From: a virus
IMG/VR virus record: IMGVR_UViG_3300035670_008749
Coordinates: 1-64,000 of that record
Direction: 5' to 3' (one strand)
Length of the DNA: 64,000 nucleotides
Below, piece by piece: positions 37,562 through 48,117 of the stretch (position 1 is the stretch's first letter; each line of letters opens with the position of its first letter). The translations under genes and the position numbers were made by a program. Under the pieces are notes generated by a model. That model did no database searches. It saw only the letters and a list, made by a program, of their open reading frames with translations, and had not been told where the DNA came from.

Positions 37562-38185
37562 ATGAGCCCCCAGTTTTTAGTTATAGCATATTACACAGAA
37601 AACACTTCGTACGAAGCACTCGCAGGCAATCTTAAAAGATCCCTGCAGAACTTTAGTTTGGCTCATTACATAGAGCCTATCAAAGATTTAGGATCTTGGG
37701 AAAAAAATACACATCACAAGGCTTATTTTATTAAAGAAATATTAGAGTCAAGAAACCAAGATGTTTTATATGTAGATGTAGATGCACAATTTAAATCTTA
37801 TCCCGATCTTATTCCAAATCTTGACTGCGACATAGCATACAGAACTCAAGATTTTAAATGGAGAGCAGATGAAGCTTTATCAGGTACATTATTCTTGAAA
37901 AACAATGATCGTGTGAGATCATTCGTTGATAGATGGATAGAATTAAATGAAGCAACTCCAGCTGAAAGAATGAAGCCAGAAACATGGGAACAAAAAAATA
38001 TGCAGAGGGCACATAGAGAAATGGAAGATCTTGTTTATTATAATCTTCCACCCGAATATACATTTATTTACGATCACATGCGTACGATGTATCCTCGTAC
38101 GTCACCCGTCATAGAGCATTACCAGGAATCGAGAAATGTACACAGAAAAATGAATCAAAATTCTAATTTTAGAGTAAGAAGATAG
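37562..38185 (+). CDS. Nucleotide-diphospho-sugar transferase (GT-A, GT77-like)
   Basis: K..FI, VLYVDVDA DxD motif, SGTLFL, LPPEY..I.D, I.HYQ.SR. Confidence 0.7.
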   Translation: MSPQFLVIAYYTENTSYEALAGNLKRSLQNFSLAHYIEPIKDLGSWEKNTHHKAYFIKEILESRNQDVLYVDVDAQFKSYPDLIPNLDCDIAYRTQDFKWRADEALSGTLFLKNNDRVRSFVDRWIELNEATPAERMKPETWEQKNMQRAHREMEDLVYYNLPPEYTFIYDHMRTMYPRTSPVIEHYQESRNVHRKMNQNSNFRVRR

Positions 38186-38186
38186 T

Positions 38187-38924
38187 ATGAAATTAGAATA
38201 TGCTGTAGTTAGCTCTAACTCTAATCCTGAGTATCTTGATTTTTGGCCATATGTAGCTAAGGCATGGAAGAATTTGATAGGATTAGAACCGGTTCTTCTT
38301 TATATAGACAATGCAGCACCCCCTGCTTGGGTTTATGAACACGGTAAGGTTTTTTATTTGGAATCAAGAAATGATTGGGACATTGCACAACAGGCACAAT
38401 GTATTAGATTCTGGGCGGCAAACATACTGGATAAGCCATTTATCATATCCGATATGGATATGCTCCCTATCTCCAAGGATTACTATATAAATCACGCTGA
38501 GTATATAGGAGACACTGGACTAATATCGTATAGTTCAGATATTATTAAATATAGATGGTATAGGACTAATCCACAATATCCAATGTGCTATCTTGCGGGA
38601 GATCCAAAAAGTTTTTCAGATCTTCTAGATTTGAATGAAGAAAGTCATTTGGATTTTCTTCTAAGATTGAAAAGAATGAATCTGCGAAGTGGGACTGATC
38701 AGAAGTTTTTTTATAATCAAACCCTAAGAAAATCTGGATACTATATTAGACATCTTGAGAGAGGCTGGATAGAAGAAAAATATGCTACTGGTAGGTTGGA
38801 TAAGGTAATATGGCCTAAAAACGACTATAATGCACACGAATATATAGATTGTCACTTACCAAGACCCTTATCGGCTAATCTTGGTATGTGTAAAGAATTA
38901 TTTAATAAGCTTAAAATAGATTGA
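38187..38924 (+). CDS. Putative GT-A glycosyltransferase
   Basis: Y..FWP.V...W, ISDMDMLP DxD motif, DQ, DCHLPRP. Confidence 0.55.
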   Translation: MKLEYAVVSSNSNPEYLDFWPYVAKAWKNLIGLEPVLLYIDNAAPPAWVYEHGKVFYLESRNDWDIAQQAQCIRFWAANILDKPFIISDMDMLPISKDYYINHAEYIGDTGLISYSSDIIKYRWYRTNPQYPMCYLAGDPKSFSDLLDLNEESHLDFLLRLKRMNLRSGTDQKFFYNQTLRKSGYYIRHLERGWIEEKYATGRLDKVIWPKNDYNAHEYIDCHLPRPLSANLGMCKELFNKLKID

Positions 38925-39727
38925 TGAGATTATCTATAATACTTCCAACAGGTGGAAATGATCATTTAAGAAATAGGAATTTTAATGAATGCTTATCTGC
39001 TATAAAGAATCAAACCTTTACTGATTACGAGGTAATAGTGGTGGAACAGGCATTAGATGGTAATTTTTATAAAAGAAGTAACCCTATAATACCATATAAG
39101 CACATAGCAATAAAAGACCCGCAAAACAGAGGATTCAATCTTAGCTGGTGTAGAAACGTAGGAGCGAGAGAGGCTAATGGAGAGCTAATAGTTTTGATGG
39201 ATTCAGACTTCGTGTTTGAAAATAATTATTTTACAGTTATAAGCCAATTTGCAGGTGAATTTGCAGCAGGTGCAGAAACATACTATTGGTGTAATACCGA
39301 AGAGGCAACTATGGATTGGATTAGAACTAAAAATTTTGATGTCTTTAGAAAAAGAGGAGGAGAGCCCAGGGATCCGGTATTTAAATTTAGATCAATGACT
39401 AGGGGATGTGGATTCGGAGCTATCTTGGTTTATAACAAAGATTGGTTTTGGAACGTATTCGGTGGATATAACGAGAATTTCTTTAGGTATGGATGGGAAG
39501 ATAAAGCAGCAACAGAAACAATAAAATTCTTGCTTAAAAGAAGTGACGAAACGATGGATAGGATTCCTTATGAAGCTGCACATTTAAGCCACAGGTCTAA
39601 GGATGTAAGAAATATTAATCTAAACGAAAAGCTTTTTAATGATTTTACTAATATGGATCAGAATGATTTAGTTAGTAAAATAAAGGAAGTAGGAGTAGGA
39701 AAAAAATCTAATCCGAGCACGATATGA
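38924..39727 (+). CDS. GT2 / GT7-C-terminal-like glycosyltransferase
   Basis: SIILP, EVIVVEQ, RNVGA, MDSD, GGYNENF..YGWED. Confidence 0.85.
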   Translation: MRLSIILPTGGNDHLRNRNFNECLSAIKNQTFTDYEVIVVEQALDGNFYKRSNPIIPYKHIAIKDPQNRGFNLSWCRNVGAREANGELIVLMDSDFVFENNYFTVISQFAGEFAAGAETYYWCNTEEATMDWIRTKNFDVFRKRGGEPRDPVFKFRSMTRGCGFGAILVYNKDWFWNVFGGYNENFFRYGWEDKAATETIKFLLKRSDETMDRIPYEAAHLSHRSKDVRNINLNEKLFNDFTNMDQNDLVSKIKEVGVGKKSNPSTI

Positions 39728-40644
39728 CAGAAAGAAGAAAAAGAAATATAACCCCGCAAGGATTTAAAAGAATATTAAATAGATTTCCTCCTGCTCCTTC
39801 CGTGGTAATAAAAAATAATGAAAATATATCTAATAAAGAATTAGGTAATAAGAGTGAAGTAAATGTTGTACCTAAAGAAGAAAGAGATAACATGAATAAT
39901 TATTATGAATTATATAATGACTATGAGGATGATCCTAAAAAATATAATGTAAGTGTGGGATTTCTTATAGTAGCAACAGGAAAATATGATGTATTTATAG
40001 AGCCACTAATAAGATCAATAGAGAAATATTTTCTTCCTAATAACAAGAAGTTTTATAATATTTTTAGCGATAAGGATCTTTCATTTAAAAACATTGATTA
40101 TTCTGTGTTTCCGGTGGAACATAAACCATTTCCTTACCCTACATTGTATAGATTTCACTTTTTTGAAAAATATAAAGAATCAATAAAAGGAGATCAACTT
40201 ATTTATATAGATGCTGATACATTAATTACGTCATCTATTGGAACAGAAGTTATAACACCTATTACTGTTACACAGCATTGCGGGTATGTTAATCGATGGG
40301 GGACTTTTGAAAATAGAACGGAGTCTAAATGCTTCGTTAGTAGAATGGATGGAAGAAATTATTATGGCGGGGGATTTTATTCGTTATCGAGAGACGAGTT
40401 TTTTAAGATGAGTTCGGAATGTAAAGAGATGATAGATTGGGAATCTAATAAAGGGAGAGTACCTATTTGGCACGATGAATCTGCTTTAAATAAATATTTA
40501 ACAATAGTAAAACCAACTAGGGTTCTTAGCCCTTCGTATCATTATCCGGAAGACAACCAAAAAATTTATTCATCGTGGGGGAACAATAAATTTGAATGTA
40601 AAATACTTTTATTAAACAAAGACCATAAAGAAATAAGATCATGA
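39724..40644 (+). CDS. GT6 family alpha-1,3-Gal/GalNAc transferase (ABO-like)
   Basis: IVATGKY, P..TLYRF, YIDAD, YYGGGF, WHDESALNKY, LSPSY.YP, K.H..IR. Confidence 0.9.
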   Translation: MTERRKRNITPQGFKRILNRFPPAPSVVIKNNENISNKELGNKSEVNVVPKEERDNMNNYYELYNDYEDDPKKYNVSVGFLIVATGKYDVFIEPLIRSIEKYFLPNNKKFYNIFSDKDLSFKNIDYSVFPVEHKPFPYPTLYRFHFFEKYKESIKGDQLIYIDADTLITSSIGTEVITPITVTQHCGYVNRWGTFENRTESKCFVSRMDGRNYYGGGFYSLSRDEFFKMSSECKEMIDWESNKGRVPIWHDESALNKYLTIVKPTRVLSPSYHYPEDNQKIYSSWGNNKFECKILLLNKDHKEIRS

Positions 40645-41258
40645 GAATAGCATTAATATCTTTTCACAAAAACATAAGTAGATATCCCACAGAATGGATA
40701 GAAAAATACAGGGAATCAATAATAAATCAAACGCATAAGGATTTTGATATATTTGAATTAAACTACGGTAATAGTGAGGAAAGAATATTTGAAAATAGTG
40801 AATTTATATCACTGAATCTTAATGATCATGCCCAAGCTCATAATTATCTGATTGAAAAATGCTTTAGTTTAAATTATGATATGGTATTAAATACCAATGT
40901 TGATGATCGATATCCATTAGACAGAGTAAAAATACAGATAGATAATTTTAATCCCGAGATTTCTGTTATGTCTGGAAACTATGTTTCTTTTAGTGAAACA
41001 AGAGAAAATATACACTGTACAAAATTCCATGAGCTTGATATTTCTAAAGAATTTTTTAACAATCATAATATAGTTGCTCATCCTGCATGTGCTTATACTA
41101 AGAAAATGCTAGAATACAATGAAAAACTAATATCTGAAGAAATTGCATCTGATGATTTTTGTATGTGGAAAAGGCTTTTATCCAAAGGGGCTAAATTTAA
41201 AATACTACCTAATGTACTTCTATACTATCGGATAAGTGAACTTAAAACAAAATCGTAA
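40641..41258 (+). CDS. GT2-like glycosyltransferase
   Basis: SI.NQT..DF, NVDD...R...Q, HP, DDF.MW.R, L.YYR. Confidence 0.7.
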   Translation: MRIALISFHKNISRYPTEWIEKYRESIINQTHKDFDIFELNYGNSEERIFENSEFISLNLNDHAQAHNYLIEKCFSLNYDMVLNTNVDDRYPLDRVKIQIDNFNPEISVMSGNYVSFSETRENIHCTKFHELDISKEFFNNHNIVAHPACAYTKKMLEYNEKLISEEIASDDFCMWKRLLSKGAKFKILPNVLLYYRISELKTKS

Positions 41259-41261
41259 AAT

Positions 41262-41882
41262 ATGATAAACGATATATTCAAAGAAAATGTAAAAAAGTGG
41301 TTTAAAGATAAAGGTGATGTGTACAAAAGATTAGATTATCCAGAGTTAAATGAAAATTCCGTGGTATTTGATGTTGGTGGGTATTTGGGAACATTTGCCG
41401 AGTCTATTTATACTCGATACGGATCTAATATTTATTTATTTGAGCCTGTCGATGAGTTTTATCATGCTTGTAATTTTAAATTTAATCACCTTTCCAAGAT
41501 AAGAAACTATAAGTTCGGTTTATCTAGTAATAATACTATCTCTAATATTTATATTTCAGATGACGCTAGCTCTATCACGTATATAGATGATGCTAATATT
41601 GAATCTATAGAATTAAGGGATATAATAGAAGTAATAAGGGAATTAAATATAGATTCTGTTGATTTAATTAAGATTAACATAGAAGGTGAAGAATATAATC
41701 TATTAGAAAAACTCGTATCTGATGTGGATTTATTAAAAAAAGTAAAAAATATACAAGTACAATATCACACTTTTATTCATGACGCAGAGGAAAGAAGAAA
41801 AAGCATAAATGAATCATTAAAAAATACCCACGAATGTACATGGTGCTATGATTGGGTTTGGGAGAACTGGAAATTAAAATAG
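41262..41882 (+). CDS. FkbM family methyltransferase
   Basis: VFDVGGY.G, FEP, LIKINIEGEEY. Confidence 0.85.
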   Translation: MINDIFKENVKKWFKDKGDVYKRLDYPELNENSVVFDVGGYLGTFAESIYTRYGSNIYLFEPVDEFYHACNFKFNHLSKIRNYKFGLSSNNTISNIYISDDASSITYIDDANIESIELRDIIEVIRELNIDSVDLIKINIEGEEYNLLEKLVSDVDLLKKVKNIQVQYHTFIHDAEERRKSINESLKNTHECTWCYDWVWENWKLK

Positions 41883-41883
41883 G

Positions 41884-42471
41884 ATGTTTTATTCACAAGC
41901 AGGACAGGATAAATGGGTTTTAGAAAAAACAAATTCTAAAAAAAATGGATATTTTTTAGATATAGGTGCTTATGATGGAATTAATTATAGTAATACCTTA
42001 TATTTTGAAAAGTATTTAAGTTGGAATGGTGTATGTATAGAGCCAGATCTAAAAAATTATCAATTACTTGTTAAAAATAGGGACTGTATATGTGAAAACG
42101 TTGCAGTTAGCAATTTCAAAGGAAAAGTACCTTTTAGCAGTTCTGAAATGGGTAGCAAAATAAATGATTCCTATGATTATTTTATAGAATGTGATACACT
42201 AGAAAATATATTGATTAAAAATAATGCACCTCTATTTATAGATTATTTATCGATAGATGTTGAGGGTAGTGAGATAGCTATAATAGAAAATTTTCCTTTT
42301 AATAATTGGAAATTTGGAGCTATTACTATAGAGCATAATCTATATTCTGATGGTGACTATAGAAAAAAAGAAATACAAAAAATACTTACAAGTAACGGAT
42401 ATGTTATAGACAAAGAAAACGTAACTCATAACGGTTTACCTTTTGAAGATTGGTACATCATTAAAAAATAA
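41884..42471 (+). CDS. FkbM family methyltransferase
   Basis: SQAGQD, FLDIGAYDG...SNT, IEP, YLSIDVEGSE. Confidence 0.9.
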   Translation: MFYSQAGQDKWVLEKTNSKKNGYFLDIGAYDGINYSNTLYFEKYLSWNGVCIEPDLKNYQLLVKNRDCICENVAVSNFKGKVPFSSSEMGSKINDSYDYFIECDTLENILIKNNAPLFIDYLSIDVEGSEIAIIENFPFNNWKFGAITIEHNLYSDGDYRKKEIQKILTSNGYVIDKENVTHNGLPFEDWYIIKK

Positions 42472-42473
42472 AT

Positions 42474-43379
42474 ATGAAATTTAAAAAAGTAGTAATATGG
42501 GGATACCCATTAGACACACATACTCATTCATATATACATGCTTCATTTTATAAAGCTTTTAAAAGTTTAGGGTATGATACTTATTGGTTTACTGACGACA
42601 GATACGAGGACATAGGATTTGACGACTGTTTATTTATTGCTGCAGGTGAACAAGAAAAAAATATACCTATTAATAAAAAATCTTATTATGTTTTACATAA
42701 TGTTGATGGTAAAAAATATATCGACGCTGGATGTAAAATATTAGTTCTACAGGTTCATACTAAAAAGGATGAATCATTTAAGAGTGAGGTAATAAACGAT
42801 TATACTTTTATAAATAAAGATACAATTAATACACTATATACATGTTGGGCAACTGATCTATTGCCATCAGAGATAGATCTAGGACTTGCTAAAAATGTAC
42901 AGAATCCCAAGAAATGTCTTTGGATAGGAACATTCGGAGATTCTGTAGGTGTTTATCAGAATGGTACTGAATTAGATCCATTTTTTAATTCTTGTAAAGC
43001 AAACGGAATAGATGTTATTAAGATAAACCCATGGTCATCCCCGGTTTCTTTTGAACAAAATATGGTTATGGTAAATTCATCGTACATCTCTCCTACTATA
43101 CAAGGACCTTGGCAAATTGAGAACGAATATATTCCTTGTAGGATATTTAAGAATCTATCTTACGGACATATGGGATATGTTAATTCACCTAGGGTTAATT
43201 CTTTATTTAGTAATGAACTTATATTCAGCAGAGATACCTCTGAGCTGTTTAATAAATCTATAGATTTTAAAAATTCCAATGATCATATTGAAAGATTAAA
43301 ATATCTGATGAATGAGGTTAAAGAAAAGCACACATATGTAAATAGAATAAAACAAATAATAGAATGCTTACCAGAGTAG
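42474..43379 (+). CDS. Putative GT-B glycosyltransferase (CgeB-like C-terminus)
   Basis: AF..LGY, PCRIF, HTYVNRI. Confidence 0.6.
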   Translation: MKFKKVVIWGYPLDTHTHSYIHASFYKAFKSLGYDTYWFTDDRYEDIGFDDCLFIAAGEQEKNIPINKKSYYVLHNVDGKKYIDAGCKILVLQVHTKKDESFKSEVINDYTFINKDTINTLYTCWATDLLPSEIDLGLAKNVQNPKKCLWIGTFGDSVGVYQNGTELDPFFNSCKANGIDVIKINPWSSPVSFEQNMVMVNSSYISPTIQGPWQIENEYIPCRIFKNLSYGHMGYVNSPRVNSLFSNELIFSRDTSELFNKSIDFKNSNDHIERLKYLMNEVKEKHTYVNRIKQIIECLPE

Positions 43380-44125
43380 ATAAAGCCTTATTATGTAAAG
43401 ATTGTGATTCTCTAGATAGAGACTTAAATAGTGGAAATATAGTGGATAATTTCCAGATAATGCACAATGGAATAAAAATAATAAAGGACTGTTATTGTGG
43501 AGAATGGATGACTGAATTAATATTAAAATGTAAAGGACACCACGAACCACAGGAGGAGTTTGCTTTTTATAAAGTTTTAGAAAAAATAAAGGAAGGAGCA
43601 TTAATGATAGAAGTTGGATCATCATGGTCTTACTATTCTATGTGGTTTAATAAAAAAATAGAAGGAGCTAAAAATTTCATGATAGACGTGGATTCAATTA
43701 ACCTTAATTTAGGTATAGAGAATTTTAAAATTAATAACATGAAAGGGAGATTTCATATAGGAAGAATACCAGAATTAAATATTTTAGATTTTATAAATCA
43801 AAATTCCATTGATTTTGTAGATATCCTTCATGTAGATATACAAGGATGGGAATATCATCTTCTGGAACAGCTTGGTGACTCTATAAAAAATATCGGATAC
43901 ATTTTTATATCTACTCACACTGATAAGAATAATAATGGTAAAGATTGGGGAGCACCTAAAGAATTACTACACGAGGAATGCTTATCCTTTTTGATCGATA
44001 AAAAATTTAAAATACTGTGTGAACATGATATGAATGAATCATATTCACACGACGGATTAATAGTAGCTAGAAATCCAACCATAGATAATGATTTCTCTAA
44101 AATAAATATTTCAAAATATTGTTGA
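43364..44125 (+). CDS. FkbM-like methyltransferase
   Basis: HHEPQEE, MIEVGS.W.YYS, ILHVDIQG.E, FISTH. Confidence 0.75.
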   Translation: MLTRVDKALLCKDCDSLDRDLNSGNIVDNFQIMHNGIKIIKDCYCGEWMTELILKCKGHHEPQEEFAFYKVLEKIKEGALMIEVGSSWSYYSMWFNKKIEGAKNFMIDVDSINLNLGIENFKINNMKGRFHIGRIPELNILDFINQNSIDFVDILHVDIQGWEYHLLEQLGDSIKNIGYIFISTHTDKNNNGKDWGAPKELLHEECLSFLIDKKFKILCEHDMNESYSHDGLIVARNPTIDNDFSKINISKYC

Positions 44126-44127
44126 TT

Positions 44128-44826
44128 ATGAATAAAATAGAATTGCTTGATAAGTACAAAGATTTATTAGATGGAGGATCTAATGAGGGATTAAGATATA
44201 ATGATCCTGATAGATCGAGATATATGTCATTTAAACACTGCTTGGAATTTTTAAGTAAAAGGGATAATGCTGATGTATTAGAACTAGGTACTTCCAGAAG
44301 TTTTGTTGATGGTAAATTTGAAGGATGTAACATGAATGACCCTAAATACTGGGATCCTAATGATTTCTCTAAGTGGGATTGGGGAGCTGGATGTTTTACA
44401 TTAATATTCGGTACTATTGGTAATTATAATTCATTTACCACTGTTGATTTAATTGAATCACATTTGAAAAGATGTAAGATAATGACAGATTCTTTAAATA
44501 TTAAGTGTAATCATGTTACATCCGATTCCACAATATATTTAGAAAACACTGATAAAAAATATGATCTTATATATTTAGATACTGGCGACATGTGGCCTAT
44601 AGAATATACATGTAATCTACAACTAAAAGAAGCAGAAATCATAGTTCGTAGAGATCTTTTAAAAGAGGGTGGAATAATATTAATCGATGATGTATTAAAT
44701 GGTACACCTAGAGAAATGGGAGATATAGACAATAAATTAGGTAAATCTGAAGAATCAATACCCTACCTTGTTCAAAAAGGATATGATATAATATTCGAAG
44801 GATATCAATATATACTAAAAAAATAA
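44128..44826 (+). CDS. Class I SAM-dependent methyltransferase
   Basis: VLELGTSR, DLIYLD, GGIILIDD. Confidence 0.75.
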   Translation: MNKIELLDKYKDLLDGGSNEGLRYNDPDRSRYMSFKHCLEFLSKRDNADVLELGTSRSFVDGKFEGCNMNDPKYWDPNDFSKWDWGAGCFTLIFGTIGNYNSFTTVDLIESHLKRCKIMTDSLNIKCNHVTSDSTIYLENTDKKYDLIYLDTGDMWPIEYTCNLQLKEAEIIVRRDLLKEGGIILIDDVLNGTPREMGDIDNKLGKSEESIPYLVQKGYDIIFEGYQYILKK

Positions 44827-44830
44827 AAAA

Positions 44831-45463
44831 ATGACAAATTACAATTTTACAGCTACACAGGACTGGCATTTTTACTTTTCTAAAATATTTGAAACTACTA
44901 AGATAGCAAATATGTTAGAATTTGGATTAGGAGTGGGCACACCATACCTAGCAGATAACTGCGAATATTTAAAATCAGTCGAACTATCTCTAGGATCTTA
45001 TAATTTAGAGTGGTATCAACAAACACTAGAAAAAATGAAGGATCGAAAAAATTGGGATTGTGTTTATGTGGAAGTCAATCAAAATATAGTACAGGCTAAT
45101 GAGAATGCACAAAGATTAAGATTTCCTTTAGCAGATACTAATTATCTTAATGACCTTAGTGAATTGGTTTTGCCTTTTATGTCAGATAGAAAATATGACT
45201 TTATATTTGTAGACGCGGGAATACACACAAGAGGAGATCTAGTAAATTTATCTTTTCATAAAGCTGATATAATTGCAGCACATGACACGAGTAGGGATAC
45301 TAATAGAGTTTTAAAAAATGTCTATGGATATAACATAGTAAAAGTTCCAGCTGATTACGAAGAAATACATTTTGAAGATACGTATATGGGCACTACAATC
45401 TGGGTTAAAAATGACAGAGTAGATCTAATAAATATTTTAAGAAACTATAAAGTAAATCAATGA
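44831..45463 (+). CDS. Methyltransferase-like protein
   Basis: MLEFGLG.GT, SVE, DFIFVD, AHDT. Confidence 0.65.
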   Translation: MTNYNFTATQDWHFYFSKIFETTKIANMLEFGLGVGTPYLADNCEYLKSVELSLGSYNLEWYQQTLEKMKDRKNWDCVYVEVNQNIVQANENAQRLRFPLADTNYLNDLSELVLPFMSDRKYDFIFVDAGIHTRGDLVNLSFHKADIIAAHDTSRDTNRVLKNVYGYNIVKVPADYEEIHFEDTYMGTTIWVKNDRVDLINILRNYKVNQ

Positions 45464-46431
45464 GAATCTTACACGTAACATATCATTCAGGGTGTGTTAT
45501 ATCTGTGGATTATATTTGTAATAAGCTCGGATATCATTTAGAAACCCAAAGAGCTAATTGGAATTATAATATTTCTCAAGACCTTGCTGATAATATATGG
45601 AATCAAAACAGGGATTACTACAATTCTTTCGATTGTGTTATTACCTCAGATACCGCGCCTCTTTCTAGAATATTTCTTAGAGAACAGTTCAGAGGAAAAT
45701 TAATAATCTGGGTGTGTAATAGATTTGATTACAACGACGGAGCAACTAATTCGGTAAATTTTCCAGATCCCGGTTATTATGACATATTCAAGTCTGCTCT
45801 CAATAGGCCTAATACCATTATTAGATCCTATACAAAATTTGAACACGAATATGCTAAAAAGTACAGAGGCATAGAATGGGATCCCGAAGTTTTTAGACCT
45901 GTTAGTATTGTTGAGAAAATTGCTAAGTCTGAATTTTTCCCTAGCGGACAAAAAAAGAGTGACACCTTTTTAATAACCAGATATCACAACGATAATATTT
46001 ATATGGATCTTAAAGGAGTTTGCGATAAATTAGGTATACCTACATACAGAGGGGAATATAATGGACCTTCGGATCTTATAGGGATAAGAGGTATAATACA
46101 CATTCCGTATGCCTGGTCTAATCTAGCGATCTTTGAAAATTGGTCTATCGGTAATGTTTACTTTATACCATCTAAAAAATTCTTATTAGATCTTTCGTGT
46201 CAATCTAATTTTTTCTGGAGCCCCCCGTTTGATAGGGGATATATTGAATCTTCCGAATGGTATTTACCCGAGCACAATGATTTATTTATTTACTTTAATT
46301 CTTTTGATCATCTGGTAGAATTAACTAAAAATAATGAATTGATAGAAAAGAAAAGAAACAATATTATAAATTTCAGTAAGATCCATGAGGGGAAATGTAT
46401 TTCTCAGTGGAAAGATATAATTGAAAGATGA
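45460..46431 (+). CDS. Putative GT-B-like glycosyltransferase
   Basis: MRILHVT N-terminus, IIHIPY.WS..A.FE....G; cluster context. Confidence 0.45.
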   Translation: MRILHVTYHSGCVISVDYICNKLGYHLETQRANWNYNISQDLADNIWNQNRDYYNSFDCVITSDTAPLSRIFLREQFRGKLIIWVCNRFDYNDGATNSVNFPDPGYYDIFKSALNRPNTIIRSYTKFEHEYAKKYRGIEWDPEVFRPVSIVEKIAKSEFFPSGQKKSDTFLITRYHNDNIYMDLKGVCDKLGIPTYRGEYNGPSDLIGIRGIIHIPYAWSNLAIFENWSIGNVYFIPSKKFLLDLSCQSNFFWSPPFDRGYIESSEWYLPEHNDLFIYFNSFDHLVELTKNNELIEKKRNNIINFSKIHEGKCISQWKDIIER

Positions 46432-47174
46432 TAACGTTTTCTAGAATTGGATCCTTCGGTAGATTGGGTAACCAGATGTTCCAAATAGCAGCAGCAATAG
46501 GACTTGCAGAAAGAAATAATGATATTGCTTTTTTTAATAAATGGGAATACTCTAAATATTTCAAAATCCCCATAAATCAAAATCTAGATCGGAATAATAT
46601 AAAGAAAGTTTTCAACGAGAGAGGATTTCATTACTCTCCTATACCTTATTATAACGGGACAGATTTGGTTGGATATTTCCAGTCCGAAAAGTATTTTATA
46701 GATGCTATTGAAACTGTTAAAAAACACTTTGATTTTATAGATGAACTGCACGATGGTACTATAGAAAGTAATAAGGAAACTTGTTCCATACACGTAAGGA
46801 GAGGTGATTATTTAAATATTACTGAATATCATCCTGTACAAGATATGCAGTATTATAATAAAGCTATTGATCACATGAGAGGGAGAGGTGTAAATCTTTT
46901 CTACGTTTTTTCTGATGATGTTGATTGGTGTAAAAAAAACTTTCCTATCGATGATAGTATTAAATATGTACAGGGAAATATAGACGTAAAGGATTTGTGT
47001 CTTATGTCCTCTTGTAAAAATAATATAATAGCTAATTCTAGTTTTTCTTGGTGGGGTGCTTGGCTAAACAAGAATCCAAATAAAATTGTGATAGCACCCG
47101 AAAGATGGTTTGGTCCAGCTAAAAGAGGTACTATACTTGATGATTTATATTGCGAAAGCTGGCTAAAATTCTAA
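46428..47174 (+). CDS. GT11 alpha-1,2-fucosyltransferase
   Basis: GRLGNQMFQ, GYFQSEKYF, IHVRRGDY, FSDD..WC, IIANSSFSWWGAWL. Confidence 0.92.
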   Translation: MITFSRIGSFGRLGNQMFQIAAAIGLAERNNDIAFFNKWEYSKYFKIPINQNLDRNNIKKVFNERGFHYSPIPYYNGTDLVGYFQSEKYFIDAIETVKKHFDFIDELHDGTIESNKETCSIHVRRGDYLNITEYHPVQDMQYYNKAIDHMRGRGVNLFYVFSDDVDWCKKNFPIDDSIKYVQGNIDVKDLCLMSSCKNNIIANSSFSWWGAWLNKNPNKIVIAPERWFGPAKRGTILDDLYCESWLKF

Positions 47175-47178
47175 AAAA

Positions 47179-48117
47179 ATGAAAAAAATACTTATTCTTG
47201 GTTCTAATGGATTGGTTGGATCTAATCTATATAAAAAATATATAGAAAAATATCCTGATGCTAGTGTTTTAGCACCGAAGAGATATAATCTAAATTTAAC
47301 TTCTTGGAAGGATACAATAGATTACTTTTTGACTCACAAACCGGATGTTGTTTTTCTTTGTGCAGCTAAGGTGGGAGGAATAAAAGCCAATAACGATAAT
47401 AAAGCTACTTTTATAACTACTAACCTAAAAATACAAACCAATGTTATCGAATCCTGTCATTTATCTGGGGTTAAAAAATTGGTCTTTCTAGGATCTTCCT
47501 GCATATATCCAAAAAATTGTCCGCAGCCTATAAAGGAAGAATATCTTTTGACTGGTCCTTTAGAAGAAACAAACGATGCTTATGCTATAGCTAAGATTGC
47601 TGGTATTAAGATGTGTCAATCATACAGACAACAATACGGAACTGATTATATCTCTGTTATGCCTTGTAATCTTTATGGTCCAGGTGATAATTTTGATCTT
47701 AATACGTGTCACGTTCTTCCGGCTTTAATTAGGAAATTTCATGAGGCTAAAAAAAATAATCTCCCCGAAGTTGAAGTGTGGGGGACAGGAAAACCGATGA
47801 GGGAATTTTTATATGTCGAAGATTTAGTAGAAGCTCTTATTTATTTGTCAGAAAATTATTCTTCGGGTGAAATAATAAATGTTGGTTCTGGTGAGGATAT
47901 CTCAATATCAGATCTTTCTAATACTATAGCTAAAGTTGTTGGATATAATGGAGCTATAAGATTTAATACTGAATATCCGGATGGGACTTATCGTAAAGTT
48001 ATGGATGTTTCTCGAATCACTGAAACCGGATGGAAGCCTTCTACTACAATAGATGAGGGGATTAAAAAAACTTATGAATACTATAAAAATACAATATGCC
48101 GATTAGAAAAGCAATAA
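47179..48117 (+). CDS. fcl: GDP-L-fucose synthase
   Basis: G..GLVGS, AAKVGGI.AN, FLGSSCIYP, YAIAKIAG, MPCNLYGPGDNF, WGTGKP.REFL. Confidence 0.95.
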   Translation: MKKILILGSNGLVGSNLYKKYIEKYPDASVLAPKRYNLNLTSWKDTIDYFLTHKPDVVFLCAAKVGGIKANNDNKATFITTNLKIQTNVIESCHLSGVKKLVFLGSSCIYPKNCPQPIKEEYLLTGPLEETNDAYAIAKIAGIKMCQSYRQQYGTDYISVMPCNLYGPGDNFDLNTCHVLPALIRKFHEAKKNNLPEVEVWGTGKPMREFLYVEDLVEALIYLSENYSSGEIINVGSGEDISISDLSNTIAKVVGYNGAIRFNTEYPDGTYRKVMDVSRITETGWKPSTTIDEGIKKTYEYYKNTICRLEKQ

